Positions 62,863 through 64,000 of a stretch of 64,000 bases of DNA are shown piece by piece (the stretch's first letter is position 1; the number at the start of each line of letters is the position of its first letter). This stretch comes from Squalus acanthias (lineage: Eukaryota). Under the pieces are notes generated by a model. It searched no databases. It had not been told where the DNA came from and worked only from the letters and a program-made list of their open reading frames with translations. The stretch covers positions 21,454,001 to 21,518,000 of the forward strand of contig CM059432.1 in NCBI GenBank assembly GCA_030390025.1, in the 5' to 3' direction. The position numbers were made by a program, and so were the translations under genes.

Positions 62863-63107
62863 CCCCCTTACCCCCATGTTCTCAGTTGGCTTGGTTTGGT
62901 CTGCCTTCGGGTTTGCATTTCTTTGCAGCCAAGATGAAGAAATAGTGAAGTAGATTCTTGTGAAACTTATCTTTTCTACCTTTTATGAGCTCTCATAAAG
63001 AGATGGAGCTACAAGTTGCTTGTTTAATGTATGTTGCTTTTTCAAAGCAGTGGAAATTGTGCCATATCACGATAGAAAATGATTGATTTTCACTTTGCAT
63101 GGGTTAC

Positions 63108-63270
63108 CTTGGAGAGAGGCCTGATTTATGGAGATGAGCTAAGAAGAACCCTCCTCCTCCCGGCACACAAAAATAGTTTTCTCCTTTTTTGTAAATGTTA
63201 TCTTTGTAGTACAGGGAATAATAAATGAATCCAGGGCCGTGTCTTTTTAAGTGAGAATGTGAATGGAGAT
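63108..63270 (-). other. Candidate isolated exon
   Basis: CTTTCCTACAG acceptor, AAG|GTAAC donor, one open frame; product not recognised. Confidence 0.25.
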
Positions 63271-64000
63271 CTGTAGGAAAGCCTCCACTGATGTAGTTAT
63301 ACTTTATTAAAGAAGGACAATACAGAAAGGCTGAACTGTATCTTGAACAAGGCTGTGCTTTCATGCCGCATGTTTAGGATTCTAGTCAGGGAAGACCACC
63401 TAGAGACTGAACTTGACCTGATCCAATATGACATCAGAAACCGTGAATTTGTTTCCTGTGCATTGCTCTCTCTGATACACTGCCTTACACACTCTTTTGT
63501 TGCTCATCAAAGAACATCATTGGAGCAAATCCAGTAACCAGCTTACAGAAAATGTTGGCGCCAGGTTCAGTTATGTCACTTCGCCATTGAATGTGTGAGA
63601 ATTCTCTTGAGGTTTTTGTCAGAGCACAAAAAAAAAGAAAGCTGGAAGTTGTTGAAGGGACTGCAGCCAATAATTCGTATCTGTTGTCCTTTTCTGAGCC
63701 ATTCCATTTCCCAAAACATGCGTTGTGAGCTTAAGGGCATCATTGAGTATTTGACCAATTCATATTGGGGAAAAAATAAACAAAACTAGTCAGAAATGTC
63801 TGAAGAACCCTTCCAGAGCAGTTCAAGTGGCTTTAGGTGTCCACATACACATGTGTGGATGGAAAAGCTAGCTCATGGGATGAAAATTTCACTTTTTGTG
63901 CTGGGTGCAGCAAGATTAGAAACTCGTCGGGGTCAATTTATCATCTGTACCATTTGAGTGGGAATTATTGCCTGGGTGGAGTGCAGGGAAGAAAACCGGG

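Overview
Eukaryotic, repeat-dominated window. The repeat content (CR1/HER1-type LINEs, DeuSINE-like SINEs, Penelope fragments) points to a vertebrate, most likely a cartilaginous fish; this is inferred, not proven. No host protein-coding gene can be confidently called, and nearly all ORFs in the track are TE-derived or spurious. Main contents: (1) a full-length 4.4-kb Ty3/Gypsy LTR element with CsRn1-clade hallmarks (8977-13378); (2) a full-length but decayed PIF/Harbinger transposon with convergent transposase and intron-containing Myb/SANT genes (28339-33660), plus many related non-autonomous elements; (3) Penelope-like remnants carrying minimal hammerhead-ribozyme motifs; (4) three LINE types (CR1, L2 and a second APE-RT family); (5) solo LTRs, SINEs and a 3.7-kb G-rich satellite. 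Most notable: a MITE family whose internal 18-bp hairpin is kept by compensatory changes and which carries promoter-like motifs and splice donors; an in-frame chimeric RT made from two LINE families; and dispersed short hammerhead cassettes.
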